A stretch of DNA of 64,000 nucleotides, from NCBI GenBank assembly GCA_963664225.1, contig OY760937.1, forward strand, positions 2,432,001-2,496,000. Direction: 5' to 3'. Below are positions 9,848 to 19,215 of the stretch, in pieces. Each line of letters begins with the position of its first letter. The first letter of the stretch is position 1. Origin of the DNA: Verrucomicrobiia bacterium. GTDB lineage: Bacteria > Verrucomicrobiota > Verrucomicrobiia > Limisphaerales > UBA1319. Made by a program: the position numbers and the translations under genes. The notes beneath the pieces are model-generated. The model had not been told where the DNA came from, made no database searches, and worked only from the letters and a program-made list of their open reading frames with translations.

Positions 9848-11257
9848 TTACTTCACGGCGCTCACGGTCACATTCCGCACAAACTCGTTTTGCTTCACGT
9901 CGTTTGCTTCAATCAGTTTGCCGTTGACGGTGACGTTTTCAAATTTCGCCTCTTCAACCAGGTGCTGGGCGTCAAATCCCTTCAGCTCGATCTTCGGCTG
10001 GGCGCCAGTCGCCTGGATGTCTTTGAAAACCACGCCTTTGATATGCCCCCGTTCGGGGTCGCGGGTCCAAACGTAACTGCCGATCCAAAGCGAAATGAGG
10101 TTTCGGGTTTCCTCAATGCGAATGTTCTCGAAAGTGATGTTGCTGATTAGCGCCGAGTCGCATTGAAACACGCGCAAGGTCCATTCACGCCCTTTGTCGT
10201 GAATGACATCGCAATCGGAGAAACGAACATTGCTGACAGGCTCGCGCAGTTCGGCCCCGATGCTCAAGGCGTGCGCAATCTCATTCCACAGGACGCAATT
10301 CTTGACCGTGATGTTCTCAGCGGAGCCCTGGCCCTTGTCCGTTTTGACCACAACGAGATCGTCGAGCGTGCGCAAAAAGCTGTCAGAGACCGCCACGTCG
10401 CGGCTGTTGCAAATGTCGATCCCGTCCGAATTCGCGCGATGTCCGAAGAGTTTGACGTTTGTGAACTTAACATTTTGGGACCTCCGCACAGGCACGGTCC
10501 ATGAGCTGGAATCACGCAGGACGATGCCCTCGACGACGATGTTGGTGCCGTGAACGTAGAGCAGGTTCTGCGTATGAATGGGGCAAAGGCTGCCATCAAG
10601 AATCCCCCGGCCGCGCAACGTGATATTGTCTCCTTCCAGCGCAACCACCGGCCCGCGTCGGCCGGAGTTTTTTCCCCTGACGATTGCGCCGTCTGCAATG
10701 TAAACGGTCTTGCCAGAGGCCACCCGCAATTCGTCTATTTCATGCATTCCAGGTCCAAAGAAAATCACATTGGGATCGCCAGATTTGGGGACATCGGTTT
10801 CCGGGACATTTGCAAACAAATGAAGGGAATGCACCCAGTCTCCATTGATCTCCAGAGTCAATTGACGGGGCGCGGATAAACTGAAGGTCACTTTATTGCC
10901 CGAAACCACGGGAACAATGCCGTAGCTCGATGGCAACAGTCTGGCGCTCTTGATAGTTTCGGGGCAGACAATGGTAACCTCAGCAGTGCCGTTAAAATCA
11001 AACGAGGCAAACGCCGCCTTTTCAAAATAGGTCCCGGAAGTGGCCACCTCATCCACAGACTTGAACCGCAGGACAGGATCGCCCGAAGCAACCTTGGCGA
11101 CATACACAGGCACGTTCACCGCGCCAACGGTCACGGTAAAATTCGTCGAAAGAGTCTCGCCGGGAGGCGCGGAACGGGCGCGAATCTCCGCGGCTGCAAC
11201 AGAGTGTGCGCAAAGGGCCATGCATGCCATGACCAGGGCGTGATGGATGGTTTTCAT
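9848..11257 (-). CDS. Right-handed beta-helix glycoside hydrolase (GH28-like)
   Basis: Signal peptide; IFFGPGMHE, GRGILDGS, NSDGIDI, RTLDDLVVVK and NITFENIRIE. Confidence 0.8.
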   Translation of the reverse strand: MKTIHHALVMACMALCAHSVAAAEIRARSAPPGETLSTNFTVTVGAVNVPVYVAKVASGDPVLRFKSVDEVATSGTYFEKAAFASFDFNGTAEVTIVCPETIKSARLLPSSYGIVPVVSGNKVTFSLSAPRQLTLEINGDWVHSLHLFANVPETDVPKSGDPNVIFFGPGMHEIDELRVASGKTVYIADGAIVRGKNSGRRGPVVALEGDNITLRGRGILDGSLCPIHTQNLLYVHGTNIVVEGIVLRDSSSWTVPVRRSQNVKFTNVKLFGHRANSDGIDICNSRDVAVSDSFLRTLDDLVVVKTDKGQGSAENITVKNCVLWNEIAHALSIGAELREPVSNVRFSDCDVIHDKGREWTLRVFQCDSALISNITFENIRIEETRNLISLWIGSYVWTRDPERGHIKGVVFKDIQATGAQPKIELKGFDAQHLVEEAKFENVTVNGKLIEANDVKQNEFVRNVTVSAVK

Positions 11258-11372
11258 TTGAATTGTTCAGTCTGGAAAAAGGCGGATTCGAAGGCGCAAA
11301 AACAAGGACAGCGAGTATTGGGCCACGGTGCGGGCGGCCCATTATCGAGGTCTTGCGCCACGCTTTTAAGTC

Positions 11373-11858
11373 CTAATCGCGGAAGTTTATAAACTGGAGC
11401 GGCGCTGGAAAATCTTTAGCCTGCACCGCGCCGATCACGGCCTGAAGATCGTCCCGGTTTTTACCAGTCACCCGGATCTTTTGATCCTGAATTTGCGTGG
11501 TCACCTTGATTTTCGAGTCGCGGATAAACGTGGTGACCTGCTTGGCGATATCGGTCTCGAGACCCTGCTTGATCTTGATCAACTGCCGCGTGTGCCCCAG
11601 AGGCGAGATGTCCGGATCGCAGCGTTCCACGCTCTTGAGGTTGATGTTGCGCTTGGCGATCTTGCCGATGACGATCTCGCACAGCGCGGTCAGCTTGAAC
11701 TTGTCCTCGGCGGTGAGTTTGATCTCGTTTTTCTCGAGCGTGATTTCCGCTTTGCTCCCTTTGAAATCAAAACGGTTGGCCAATTCCTTTTTGGCCATGT
11801 TCACTGCGTTCTCGACTTCCATCGAGTTAACCAGGCTGACGATATCGAATGACGGCAT
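11373..11858 (-). CDS. yajQ: YajQ-family nucleotide/c-di-GMP-binding protein
   Basis: MPSFDIVS...RFDFKGS...IRVTGKNRDDLQ...LQFINFRD. Confidence 0.95.
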   Translation of the reverse strand: MPSFDIVSLVNSMEVENAVNMAKKELANRFDFKGSKAEITLEKNEIKLTAEDKFKLTALCEIVIGKIAKRNINLKSVERCDPDISPLGHTRQLIKIKQGLETDIAKQVTTFIRDSKIKVTTQIQDQKIRVTGKNRDDLQAVIGAVQAKDFPAPLQFINFRD

Positions 11859-11985
11859 GACTGAATGCTAACCGTTGGGCCTGAAGATGCGACTATTTTT
11901 TGCATGTCGCCAGCCTTTGCGCATTCGAAACACGTTGGCGTTTGCGTGTGCCACGCCACCCCTGCAATAGACGCGGCGGGAACTG

Positions 11986-13065
11986 TCAGCGGTTGGTGGT
12001 GGAACTCTCCTTCAACACTGCGGAGATCTCCAAATCCTGGACCTGCACTGCGGCGTCAAAGGTGCCGGGAATCTCCCAGCCCATGTTCATGTTGACCACG
12101 GCGTAGTCATGCGGGTTCGAGTTTTTGAAGTAACCCCTGCTCTCCGCCTCTCGCAACCCCTTCAGGATGTGCGGCAACAGGTCCGCATCCAGGGCGACCC
12201 ACTGACCCGATTTCAGGGGGGCTTCCCCAAGCGTCCCTCCTCCGAGGGTATAAATGAACTTGCCGGTCGCATCCTTCTTGCCCCCGTCGGTCGCCATAAA
12301 GGCGGGCGGAACGTCATGTCTGCTGTCGAAGAACGGAACGCCAAACCAGTAATAGTTGCCCTGATCGGCAGACCCGGGCCTGATGTTTTTGACGATGAAA
12401 AACATCTGAAACTGGGCCGCGTGCAAGCCCGGATCGAATTCATTGGTCGCCATGCCGGACTTGCAGTGGAGCAACCGGGCGCGCACCCGGAAGCGGATGG
12501 CGTCCAAGGCATCCAAAGCGCACACTTGAACGGCGTCCTGCTCCACCAAAAGATGCGGCCAGGGCTCCCCGGCTTTACGCGCCCGTGTGCCGTACTCGGC
12601 GCTGCCTCGTATCTCCAAAGTCAGCCCATGCAACTCTTTGTTTTGAGAATCCAAACTGCCAGCCACGACACGTTTCGCCTCATTTTCATACGTGAATATG
12701 CCGTCACTCCGCCGGCATGGGGCCGAGGCCAGACTATGTTTGGTGGCCCACTGGCATAATCTCCAGACCGGCACGTTGTTCGTATCACCGAAATCAAGCA
12801 CGCCCTCCACGGACCGGCCCTTTGAGGAGTCGGGATAACTGAGTAGAAAACCTTTTTGAAACTGGGTCTCCGCGAACAAAGGTGTGGCATTCGTCCGCTG
12901 CCCGGCGCAGGTTATGGCGCCCGCCAACACCATCAGAAGAAGCACCAGGCCGGTTCTCAGCAAGCCAATCAGCGTCGGATTCCAGATGGATTGAAATCTC
13001 GGACAGGCACTTTGGTTTGCTTCGCTGCGTGGTTCTCCGGTGCTCATAATTATTCTGGAGCGCAA
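11986..13065 (-). CDS. Hypothetical exported protein
   Basis: 359-aa ORF with an N-terminal hydrophobic segment and aromatic-rich motifs (WPHLLVEQ, MNMGWEIPGTFD). No family recognised; start uncertain. Confidence 0.65.
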   Translation of the reverse strand: MRSRIIMSTGEPRSEANQSACPRFQSIWNPTLIGLLRTGLVLLLMVLAGAITCAGQRTNATPLFAETQFQKGFLLSYPDSSKGRSVEGVLDFGDTNNVPVWRLCQWATKHSLASAPCRRSDGIFTYENEAKRVVAGSLDSQNKELHGLTLEIRGSAEYGTRARKAGEPWPHLLVEQDAVQVCALDALDAIRFRVRARLLHCKSGMATNEFDPGLHAAQFQMFFIVKNIRPGSADQGNYYWFGVPFFDSRHDVPPAFMATDGGKKDATGKFIYTLGGGTLGEAPLKSGQWVALDADLLPHILKGLREAESRGYFKNSNPHDYAVVNMNMGWEIPGTFDAAVQVQDLEISAVLKESSTTNR

Positions 13066-13167
13066 ATTAACGGCTGCGCTTCCAAGGCGTCAAGGCCGCA
13101 AAACAAGCACGGAGTGACACCCGCCATTTGTGCTGGCGATGAACACCTTCCGCAAACATGGTTTGTT

Positions 13168-13195
13168 TTGCAATTATATGGTATTCGGATATAAT
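13168..13195 (+). promoter_or_regulatory. sigma70-type promoter of the AsmA-like gene
   Basis: TTGCAA-N16-TATAAT, 24 nt upstream of ATG 13220, with an AGAGGG RBS. Confidence 0.55.
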
Positions 13196-13219
13196 GGCCC
13201 AAGTTGAAATAGAGGGATT

Positions 13220-13987
13220 ATGAAAAAAATCATCGTTCGAATTCTTATCGTTGCCGTTGTTTTGATCGTGGCAGGGTTTATAGTCGTGGGAATGTTCCTG
13301 GACTCAATCATTAAGAAGGGCGTGGAAACCGCGGGGCCCGCCATCACAAAAACGGAAGTGCGGCTGGACGGTGTCTCGCTATCGGTCTTTTCGGGCAAAG
13401 GCACGGTCAAGGGCCTGTTCGTGGGCAATCCCGCCGGTTACAAAACCGCCTCCGCCATCCAGGTGGGTGAGGCCACGGTGCGCGTCAAACCCGGCTCCCT
13501 GATGTCGAACAAAATCGTGGTGGAATCCGTGTCCATTAACGCGCCGGACATCACGATCGAAGGAGGGATGAAAGACAACAACCTGACCAAAATCCTGGAA
13601 AACGTCCAATCCTTCTCCGGCAGCGCCACGACGAACACCTCGCAAACGGGCGCTCAAAAACCGGCCCAGAAGATCCAGGTCAATGACCTGCTCATCACCG
13701 GAGGCAAGGTCAACGTCAGCCTGGGTCTCCTGGGCGGAAAATCCGTGACGGTGCCGCTGCCTGAGATTCACCTCACGGACCTGGGCAAGAATTCCGACGG
13801 CATCACGCCGGCTGAACTGGCCCAAACGGTGATGAAGAGCATCATTGATGGAGCGCTGTCCAGTGCCACCAAAGCCGTGTCCAACATAGGCGGTGTGGCC
13901 ACGGATGCCGCCAAATCCCTGGGAGAAGGGGCCACCGGCGGCGTCGAAAAGGTCACCAAAGGCATCGGCAGCCTTTTCAAAAAGTAA
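13220..13987 (+). CDS. AsmA-like/DUF748-like membrane-anchored protein
   Basis: N-terminal TM anchor; LSVFSGKGTVKGLFVGNPAGY...NNLTKIL...LPEIHLTDLG. Confidence 0.7.
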   Translation: MKKIIVRILIVAVVLIVAGFIVVGMFLDSIIKKGVETAGPAITKTEVRLDGVSLSVFSGKGTVKGLFVGNPAGYKTASAIQVGEATVRVKPGSLMSNKIVVESVSINAPDITIEGGMKDNNLTKILENVQSFSGSATTNTSQTGAQKPAQKIQVNDLLITGGKVNVSLGLLGGKSVTVPLPEIHLTDLGKNSDGITPAELAQTVMKSIIDGALSSATKAVSNIGGVATDAAKSLGEGATGGVEKVTKGIGSLFKK

Positions 13988-14282
13988 TCCCAGCGGTCGT
14001 TTAAAGCTGAATTCCTGGTTCAGCCCGGTCGCTCGTGCGGCAGCCGGGCCTCTAAATAAATTGATTGCAGCCCTCTTTCATGGTAAAGAGATATTCAGCG
14101 AACGAGCCTACAGGCTTGGGGTGCCGTTGATTCCCCCGAAATCGGAAGCGCAACGCACGCATGTGCGGCAAAGTGGGGAATACCGTATCTGAGGGTCATT
14201 CCGGTCCATCGGAAAATCCTTTAAGATGGGCGGATCAGGGGAACGGGGCGCCGCGGGTTTTGATGCCGATTTGCCACGTTTC

Positions 14283-15821
14283 ATGTCGTTATTAAACTTA
14301 TTGATATTGTTCCCATTTTTGGGGGCGCTGGCGATCTTATGCGTGCCGGGCAGTCTGCGGTTTTTGATACGCGGCCTGGCGATCGTCAGCACGTTGTTCA
14401 CGATGCTGACGGCTTTCGTTCTGTTCTTTTCCTTTAAAACAGGCGCTCCAGGCTGGCAATTCGAGAGCCTCATCCCATGGTCCACCGCACTGGGCATTCA
14501 GTATCACGTGGGAGTGGACGGCGTGAACATCGGCCTGCTGTTCATGGGCGCGGTGGTGGGATTTGCGGCGGCGTGTGTCTCCTGGGAAATCAAGACACGG
14601 GACAAGGAGTTTTACATTCTGCTGCTGGTGATGCTGGGCGGAATCCTGGGCGCCTTTGCCTCGCTGGACCTGTTCTTCCTCTATTTCTTCCATGAATTGG
14701 CGCTGATTCCGACTTTCATTATGATTGGCGTCTGGGGCCGGGGGGAGCGAAAAAACTACGCCGCCTACCAGATCACCATTTATCTAAGCTTGGGCGCGCT
14801 GCTGGTATTGCTGGGGCTGATCGCCCTTTATCTGAAGGCCGGGGCTAATTCGTTCGATCTGGTCGAAATCACAAACCACCTGCGCCAGCAACCCATGAGC
14901 GTGGCGGCACAGAATCTCATTTTCCCGGTGCTCCTGTTTGGCTTTGGCATACTGGTCTCGCTATGGCCGTTCCACAGTTGGGCGCCGCTGGGCTATGCCA
15001 GCGCCCCGACCGCCACCGCCATGCTCCATGCCGGGGTGTTGAAGAAGTTCGGGCTGTACGGCCTGCTCCGGATCGCCATTCCGCTGATGCCCGATGGCGC
15101 GAACTCTTGGGTGGGCATTCTCGCCTGGCTCTGTCTGGGAAACATCCTTTATTGCGGCTTCACCGCCATGCGCCAAAAAGATCTGAACCTGGTGATCGGC
15201 AATGCCAGTGTGGCGCACATGGGCTTCATTTTCCTGGGTCTGGCTTCGCTGAATCTGATCGGCGTCACCGGCGCGGTCATGGTCATGGTGGCGCATGGTT
15301 TTTTGGCAGCGCTGACTTTTGCATTGAGCGGTTACATTTATCAGCAGACGGGAACGCTTGAGATCGAGCGCCTGGGCGGATTGCTGAGGCGCCTGCCATT
15401 CATCGGCGCGCTTTTGATGATGGCGATGCTGGCGGGTTGCGGAGTGCCGGGATTCCCAAATTTCGTAGGGGAAATGATGGTCTTTTTCGGGGCGTGGTCG
15501 GTCTTTAAATGGATCACCGTGCTGGCCGTCTGGGGTGCCCTGGTGATTGGTGGAGTGTATATGCTGCGGACGATTCGCAACGTGTTGCATGGGCCGCTGG
15601 CCATCGAGTGGGAACGCATTGCCGACGCCTCCAATCCCTGGCGGAGGCTGCCTTTTGCCCTCCTGATTGCCCTGTTGCTCGTGTTTGGCTTTTTCCCGCG
15701 ACTCCTGACTGATAAGATAAAACCCGTTGCCGCGGAAATTGTTGCAGCATCAACGCCCCTTAAAACCACCGGTTTGGCTGCGGACATCACCCTGCCAGAA
15801 TCTCAAATTGCACACCGCTGA
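14283..15821 (+). CDS. nuoM: NADH-quinone oxidoreductase subunit M
   Basis: GVDGVN, DLFFLYFFHELALIP, WPFHSWAP, LKKFGLYG, HMG, MVAHG and PGFPNFVGE motifs. Start taken at MSLLNLL. Confidence 0.9.
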   Translation: MSLLNLLILFPFLGALAILCVPGSLRFLIRGLAIVSTLFTMLTAFVLFFSFKTGAPGWQFESLIPWSTALGIQYHVGVDGVNIGLLFMGAVVGFAAACVSWEIKTRDKEFYILLLVMLGGILGAFASLDLFFLYFFHELALIPTFIMIGVWGRGERKNYAAYQITIYLSLGALLVLLGLIALYLKAGANSFDLVEITNHLRQQPMSVAAQNLIFPVLLFGFGILVSLWPFHSWAPLGYASAPTATAMLHAGVLKKFGLYGLLRIAIPLMPDGANSWVGILAWLCLGNILYCGFTAMRQKDLNLVIGNASVAHMGFIFLGLASLNLIGVTGAVMVMVAHGFLAALTFALSGYIYQQTGTLEIERLGGLLRRLPFIGALLMMAMLAGCGVPGFPNFVGEMMVFFGAWSVFKWITVLAVWGALVIGGVYMLRTIRNVLHGPLAIEWERIADASNPWRRLPFALLIALLLVFGFFPRLLTDKIKPVAAEIVAASTPLKTTGLAADITLPESQIAHR

Positions 15822-15830
15822 ACCGCCACC

Positions 15831-17282
15831 ATGAATTTTCTTTTGACCACTCCGGAATGGGCAGTTGTTGGCATCGGCCTGGTGTTGATCCTGTTGGACT
15901 TGTGGACGGCCCCGCAGCACAAGCACCTGCTGAACTACGCCGGAGTGGCTTTGCTGGGCCTGGTGACTGTGGCGGTGTTCGCAATCCCATCCGCAGCACC
16001 CCAGTTCGCTTTTGGCCGTATGTATGTGGTGGACGCGCTGGCGCTCTTTTTCAAAAAAATCTTCCTGCTCGCGGCCCTGGCCGTGCTGGTCATGGGCATG
16101 CAGGACGCGCGCGACACCGCACGCGCCTCCGTTGAGTATTCCGCGCTGGTTCTCTTCGCGCTGGCGGGAATGATGTGGGCCGCCTCTTCGAACGATTTCA
16201 CGATGCTGTTCGTGTCGATCGAACTCATCACGGTCACTTTCTACGTCCTGGTCAGCTTCCAACGGGAGCGGGTGGATTCATTGGAGGCAGGGGTCAAATA
16301 CCTGATCCTGGGTGCGTTGGCGTCGGCTTTCATGGTGTTCGGAATTGCGCTGATCTTCGGCGCATCCGGTTCGCTATCCTTTGAACAAACGGCCGCTTAT
16401 TCGCAGGCGCCGGACCAGAACCCATTGTTCCAGCTGGGCCTGGCCTTGCTCATGATCGGCCTGGCCTTCAAAATCGCAGCCGTTCCCTTTCAATTCTGGG
16501 CCCCGGATGTTTATCAAGGCGCGCCCACGCCCACCACGGCTTTTCTGGCCGTCGGCTCCAAGGCGGCGGGTGTCGTCCTGCTCCTGCGCGTCCTGTTTCA
16601 AGCGGCGCCCGGTGTTCTGCTCCATTGGCAACCGCTGATCATCGTCGCCTCGGGCGCCACCATTTTATACGGAAACCTCTGCGCCATTCCACAGCGCAAC
16701 CTCAAGCGCCTGCTGGGCTATTCGAGCATTGCCAACGCCGGTTATCTTTTGCTGGGCGTGGCCGCGATGAGCGTGGCGGGCACATCTGCCGTTCTTTACT
16801 ATCTGGCGGGCTATTTATTTACTCTGATGGCGGCATTCACGGTCATCTGTGTGGTTATGAGCCAGATCGACACGGCCGATATCAGCAGTTTTTCGGGGTT
16901 GCACCGTCGTTCCCCTCTGCTGGCGGCAGCCCTGGCTCTGGCCATGATTTCGCTGGCCGGGATTCCTCCAATGGCGGGATTCTTCGGTAAATTTCTCATT
17001 CTCAAGGCTGTGGTTGCGGCGGCATTGGTCAACCCCATGTGGATGGGATTATTGATCACGGCGCTCGTCGGCATTCTGATCTCCTTTTACTATTACCTGC
17101 GCGTGGTCAAAGCCATGTATTGGAGTGTTCCACGCGAAGAAGCCCAAACCATCACCTTAAGCCCCGCTGTCCGCTACGCGCTCTACACCAGCATCGCCGG
17201 AATGTTCTATGTTGGTTTGATGCCGGACCGGATCCTGGAATGGACCCGACAGGCGGCGCTGGTTCTCCAGCACACTCCCTGA
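15831..17282 (+). CDS. nuoN: NADH-quinone oxidoreductase subunit N
   Basis: SLEAGVKYLILGA, FKIAAVPFQFWAPDVYQGAP, KRLLGYSSIANAGY, SLAGIPP and YYYLRVVK. Confidence 0.92.
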   Translation: MNFLLTTPEWAVVGIGLVLILLDLWTAPQHKHLLNYAGVALLGLVTVAVFAIPSAAPQFAFGRMYVVDALALFFKKIFLLAALAVLVMGMQDARDTARASVEYSALVLFALAGMMWAASSNDFTMLFVSIELITVTFYVLVSFQRERVDSLEAGVKYLILGALASAFMVFGIALIFGASGSLSFEQTAAYSQAPDQNPLFQLGLALLMIGLAFKIAAVPFQFWAPDVYQGAPTPTTAFLAVGSKAAGVVLLLRVLFQAAPGVLLHWQPLIIVASGATILYGNLCAIPQRNLKRLLGYSSIANAGYLLLGVAAMSVAGTSAVLYYLAGYLFTLMAAFTVICVVMSQIDTADISSFSGLHRRSPLLAAALALAMISLAGIPPMAGFFGKFLILKAVVAAALVNPMWMGLLITALVGILISFYYYLRVVKAMYWSVPREEAQTITLSPAVRYALYTSIAGMFYVGLMPDRILEWTRQAALVLQHTP

Positions 17283-17319
17283 AAGGTGTCAGAAAACCTG
17301 TGCGACCCCGGGCGGAAGC

Positions 17320-18774
17320 TTACTGCAACCGGCTGGCGGTGAAGGCGACGCGGTATGTTTTCGCCGGATCGCAATCGACAGGATTGGGTACGAGAATGAA
17401 ATTGTCCGTCACGACGGGGTTCATATCGTTGCCCGCAATGATCTTCACGTCGCGCACCCGATACGGCAAATAGGCGAGAAAGGGCCGGCCACCGCGCTGA
17501 GAGCCGTTCAGATTGACGGGCTTGAAGCTCTCCGCGCCGCGCCTGGGCATTATATCCAAGGTGAACGTGCCATCATTGACCGTGAGCGTCTGATCGAATG
17601 CCTTGGGTCGGTCAGCCATGCGCGCCTGCCACGCGGGATCTCCGTAAAACGCCAGCGTGTCCCGATCATAGAGCAACCCGAGACCATCCTGCTTCGTGAG
17701 TCCCGCCGCTTTTGCCGCGTCGCTGGGAACGGCTTTTTCGGAGTTGCGCTCCACAACGCCCGTCTCCTGTTTGAGCAACTCGGGAAAATACGTATCAAGC
17801 CGGTTTTCCAGCGCGATTTGATTGGCCAGGAAGGCCTCGTTGAAGGTGTAACGGCCCGGTTGCTCGACAAAATAGTCCAACACGCCCCAGCCTGCGTAAC
17901 CATACCATGTCGTGACCGTATAACCGATCATCTGACGAACCCCGGCGCTGTTCATCCAGGCCGTGGCCATGCAGTCGGGACGGTCAATATGTCCCATGAG
18001 ACAATTGCCGATGGGCATGTAAATTTTCGGATTGGGCGAATGGATGGGTAGTATCCGCTTTTGCGTGTCCTCGCCGAAGAGCTTTCCGCTGGCGTGCTTG
18101 AAGAATCCGTTGCGGTAGCTGAATCCAATCATCCAGTCATGCTCGGTGGCGTGGCCGGAGGTCACAAACAAATCCGGTTGTTCGTCGTTCAGGGCATTTA
18201 CGAGCGATTCGGTGCTGTCGTCCGGGGATTTAACTTCCTGGACGGCGCCGCTTTTTGATTTTCGGACGGACTTGCCTTTTTCCAGTTCGCTGTACGTAAC
18301 GCCTTCCTCAATCATGTCCATGGCCAACACGGTGCCGCTTGCAACTTTGCGGAGGGTCAGGGTTTGGTTTTGTCGCGCGATTTCAAGCGCATTCGCAGCA
18401 TCGTAACCGGTGAGAATACCCCAGAAACAATCCGTGTAGGGATCGTCGTCCAACCGGCGTGTCAACCGGTGAACCTGCTCCACGAACTCACGCGTGGTCT
18501 CCGCAGGTTGCGCGACAAAACAGGCATGGCGCGGGAACTGGATTTTGAGCGCGGGCAGCGATTCGTTCACGGAGTTGGTAAAAACGATGATGCCCGCCGT
18601 GTGTCGTGAGGCCAGAGCATCCACAACCTGTCGCCAAGCGGTGTCAGCCGCTGTTTTTGCGGAAACGACGATGGCGTAGTCCGGAGACGCAGAGAGGACC
18701 AGTGACGTCAGAACCAATGAAAAAGCGGGGGCGAAGTTGCGGACCAAACTCAGTAAACGAATTCTGATGAGCAT
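17320..18774 (-). CDS. Secreted hypothetical protein with peptidase C25/clan CD-like motifs
   Basis: Signal-like N-terminus from MLIRIRLL. FVTSGHAT (His), PIGNCLMG (Cys) and FYGDPAW echo gingipain-type motifs. Confidence 0.6.
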   Translation of the reverse strand: MLIRIRLLSLVRNFAPAFSLVLTSLVLSASPDYAIVVSAKTAADTAWRQVVDALASRHTAGIIVFTNSVNESLPALKIQFPRHACFVAQPAETTREFVEQVHRLTRRLDDDPYTDCFWGILTGYDAANALEIARQNQTLTLRKVASGTVLAMDMIEEGVTYSELEKGKSVRKSKSGAVQEVKSPDDSTESLVNALNDEQPDLFVTSGHATEHDWMIGFSYRNGFFKHASGKLFGEDTQKRILPIHSPNPKIYMPIGNCLMGHIDRPDCMATAWMNSAGVRQMIGYTVTTWYGYAGWGVLDYFVEQPGRYTFNEAFLANQIALENRLDTYFPELLKQETGVVERNSEKAVPSDAAKAAGLTKQDGLGLLYDRDTLAFYGDPAWQARMADRPKAFDQTLTVNDGTFTLDIMPRRGAESFKPVNLNGSQRGGRPFLAYLPYRVRDVKIIAGNDMNPVVTDNFILVPNPVDCDPAKTYRVAFTASRLQ

Positions 18775-18850
18775 CTTGAATAACAATACGAGTTTAGTTT
18801 GTCCTGCGGCCAAGCCTGCAGCCGCCGGAAGCAGTGCGCACCTGGTAATT

Positions 18851-19102
18851 TCAGCGTTCGATGTGCATCGTCTTCTCGAATTCATCGGAAAACTGCTTAA
18901 TGACTGCGACAATTTTCTGAGGCTGGTCGAAAAAATGGGTCAAAACGCGTGGAAGGGCCTCCGGCTTTTGGGAAAGCAACTCTGAAGCCGATGTTATCAG
19001 GCCAAGATAATTATTCACCGCATGGCGCATTTCGGAGAGCTTGTCATTCAGCTCATTGATTTCGTGCGCGCTCAAGGTGACCGAAATTCGATTTGTGGGC
19101 AT
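18851..19102 (-). CDS. Small stand-alone HisKA-like protein
   Basis: 83 aa; LSEMRHAVNNYLGLITSASELL resembles an H-box helix. No HATPase domain. Confidence 0.65.
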   Translation of the reverse strand: MPTNRISVTLSAHEINELNDKLSEMRHAVNNYLGLITSASELLSQKPEALPRVLTHFFDQPQKIVAVIKQFSDEFEKTMHIER

Positions 19103-19151
19103 TGTTCCCGCAACTTACCAAGAATGCTCAAAATTGGCATCGAAATAATAC

Positions 19152-19184
19152 AAAAAAGAGGCCGGAGCGAACTCCGGCCTCTTT
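19152..19184 (-). terminator. Rho-independent terminator of the 1864-aa gene
   Basis: Minus strand AAAGAGGCCGGAG-TTCG-CTCCGGCCTCTTTTTT, about 30 nt after the stop. Confidence 0.9.
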
Positions 19185-19215
19185 GCGTTAGAATCTGCTG
19201 AATTTCAGCCGCAGA

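Noticed and set aside
13988..14282. Possible structured RNA upstream of nuoM (ATTCCCC/GGGGAAT and CGCAC/GTGCG stems)
   Set aside because: Stems are short, I recognise no riboswitch consensus, and such pairings are common in GC-rich DNA; an Rfam scan would be needed.
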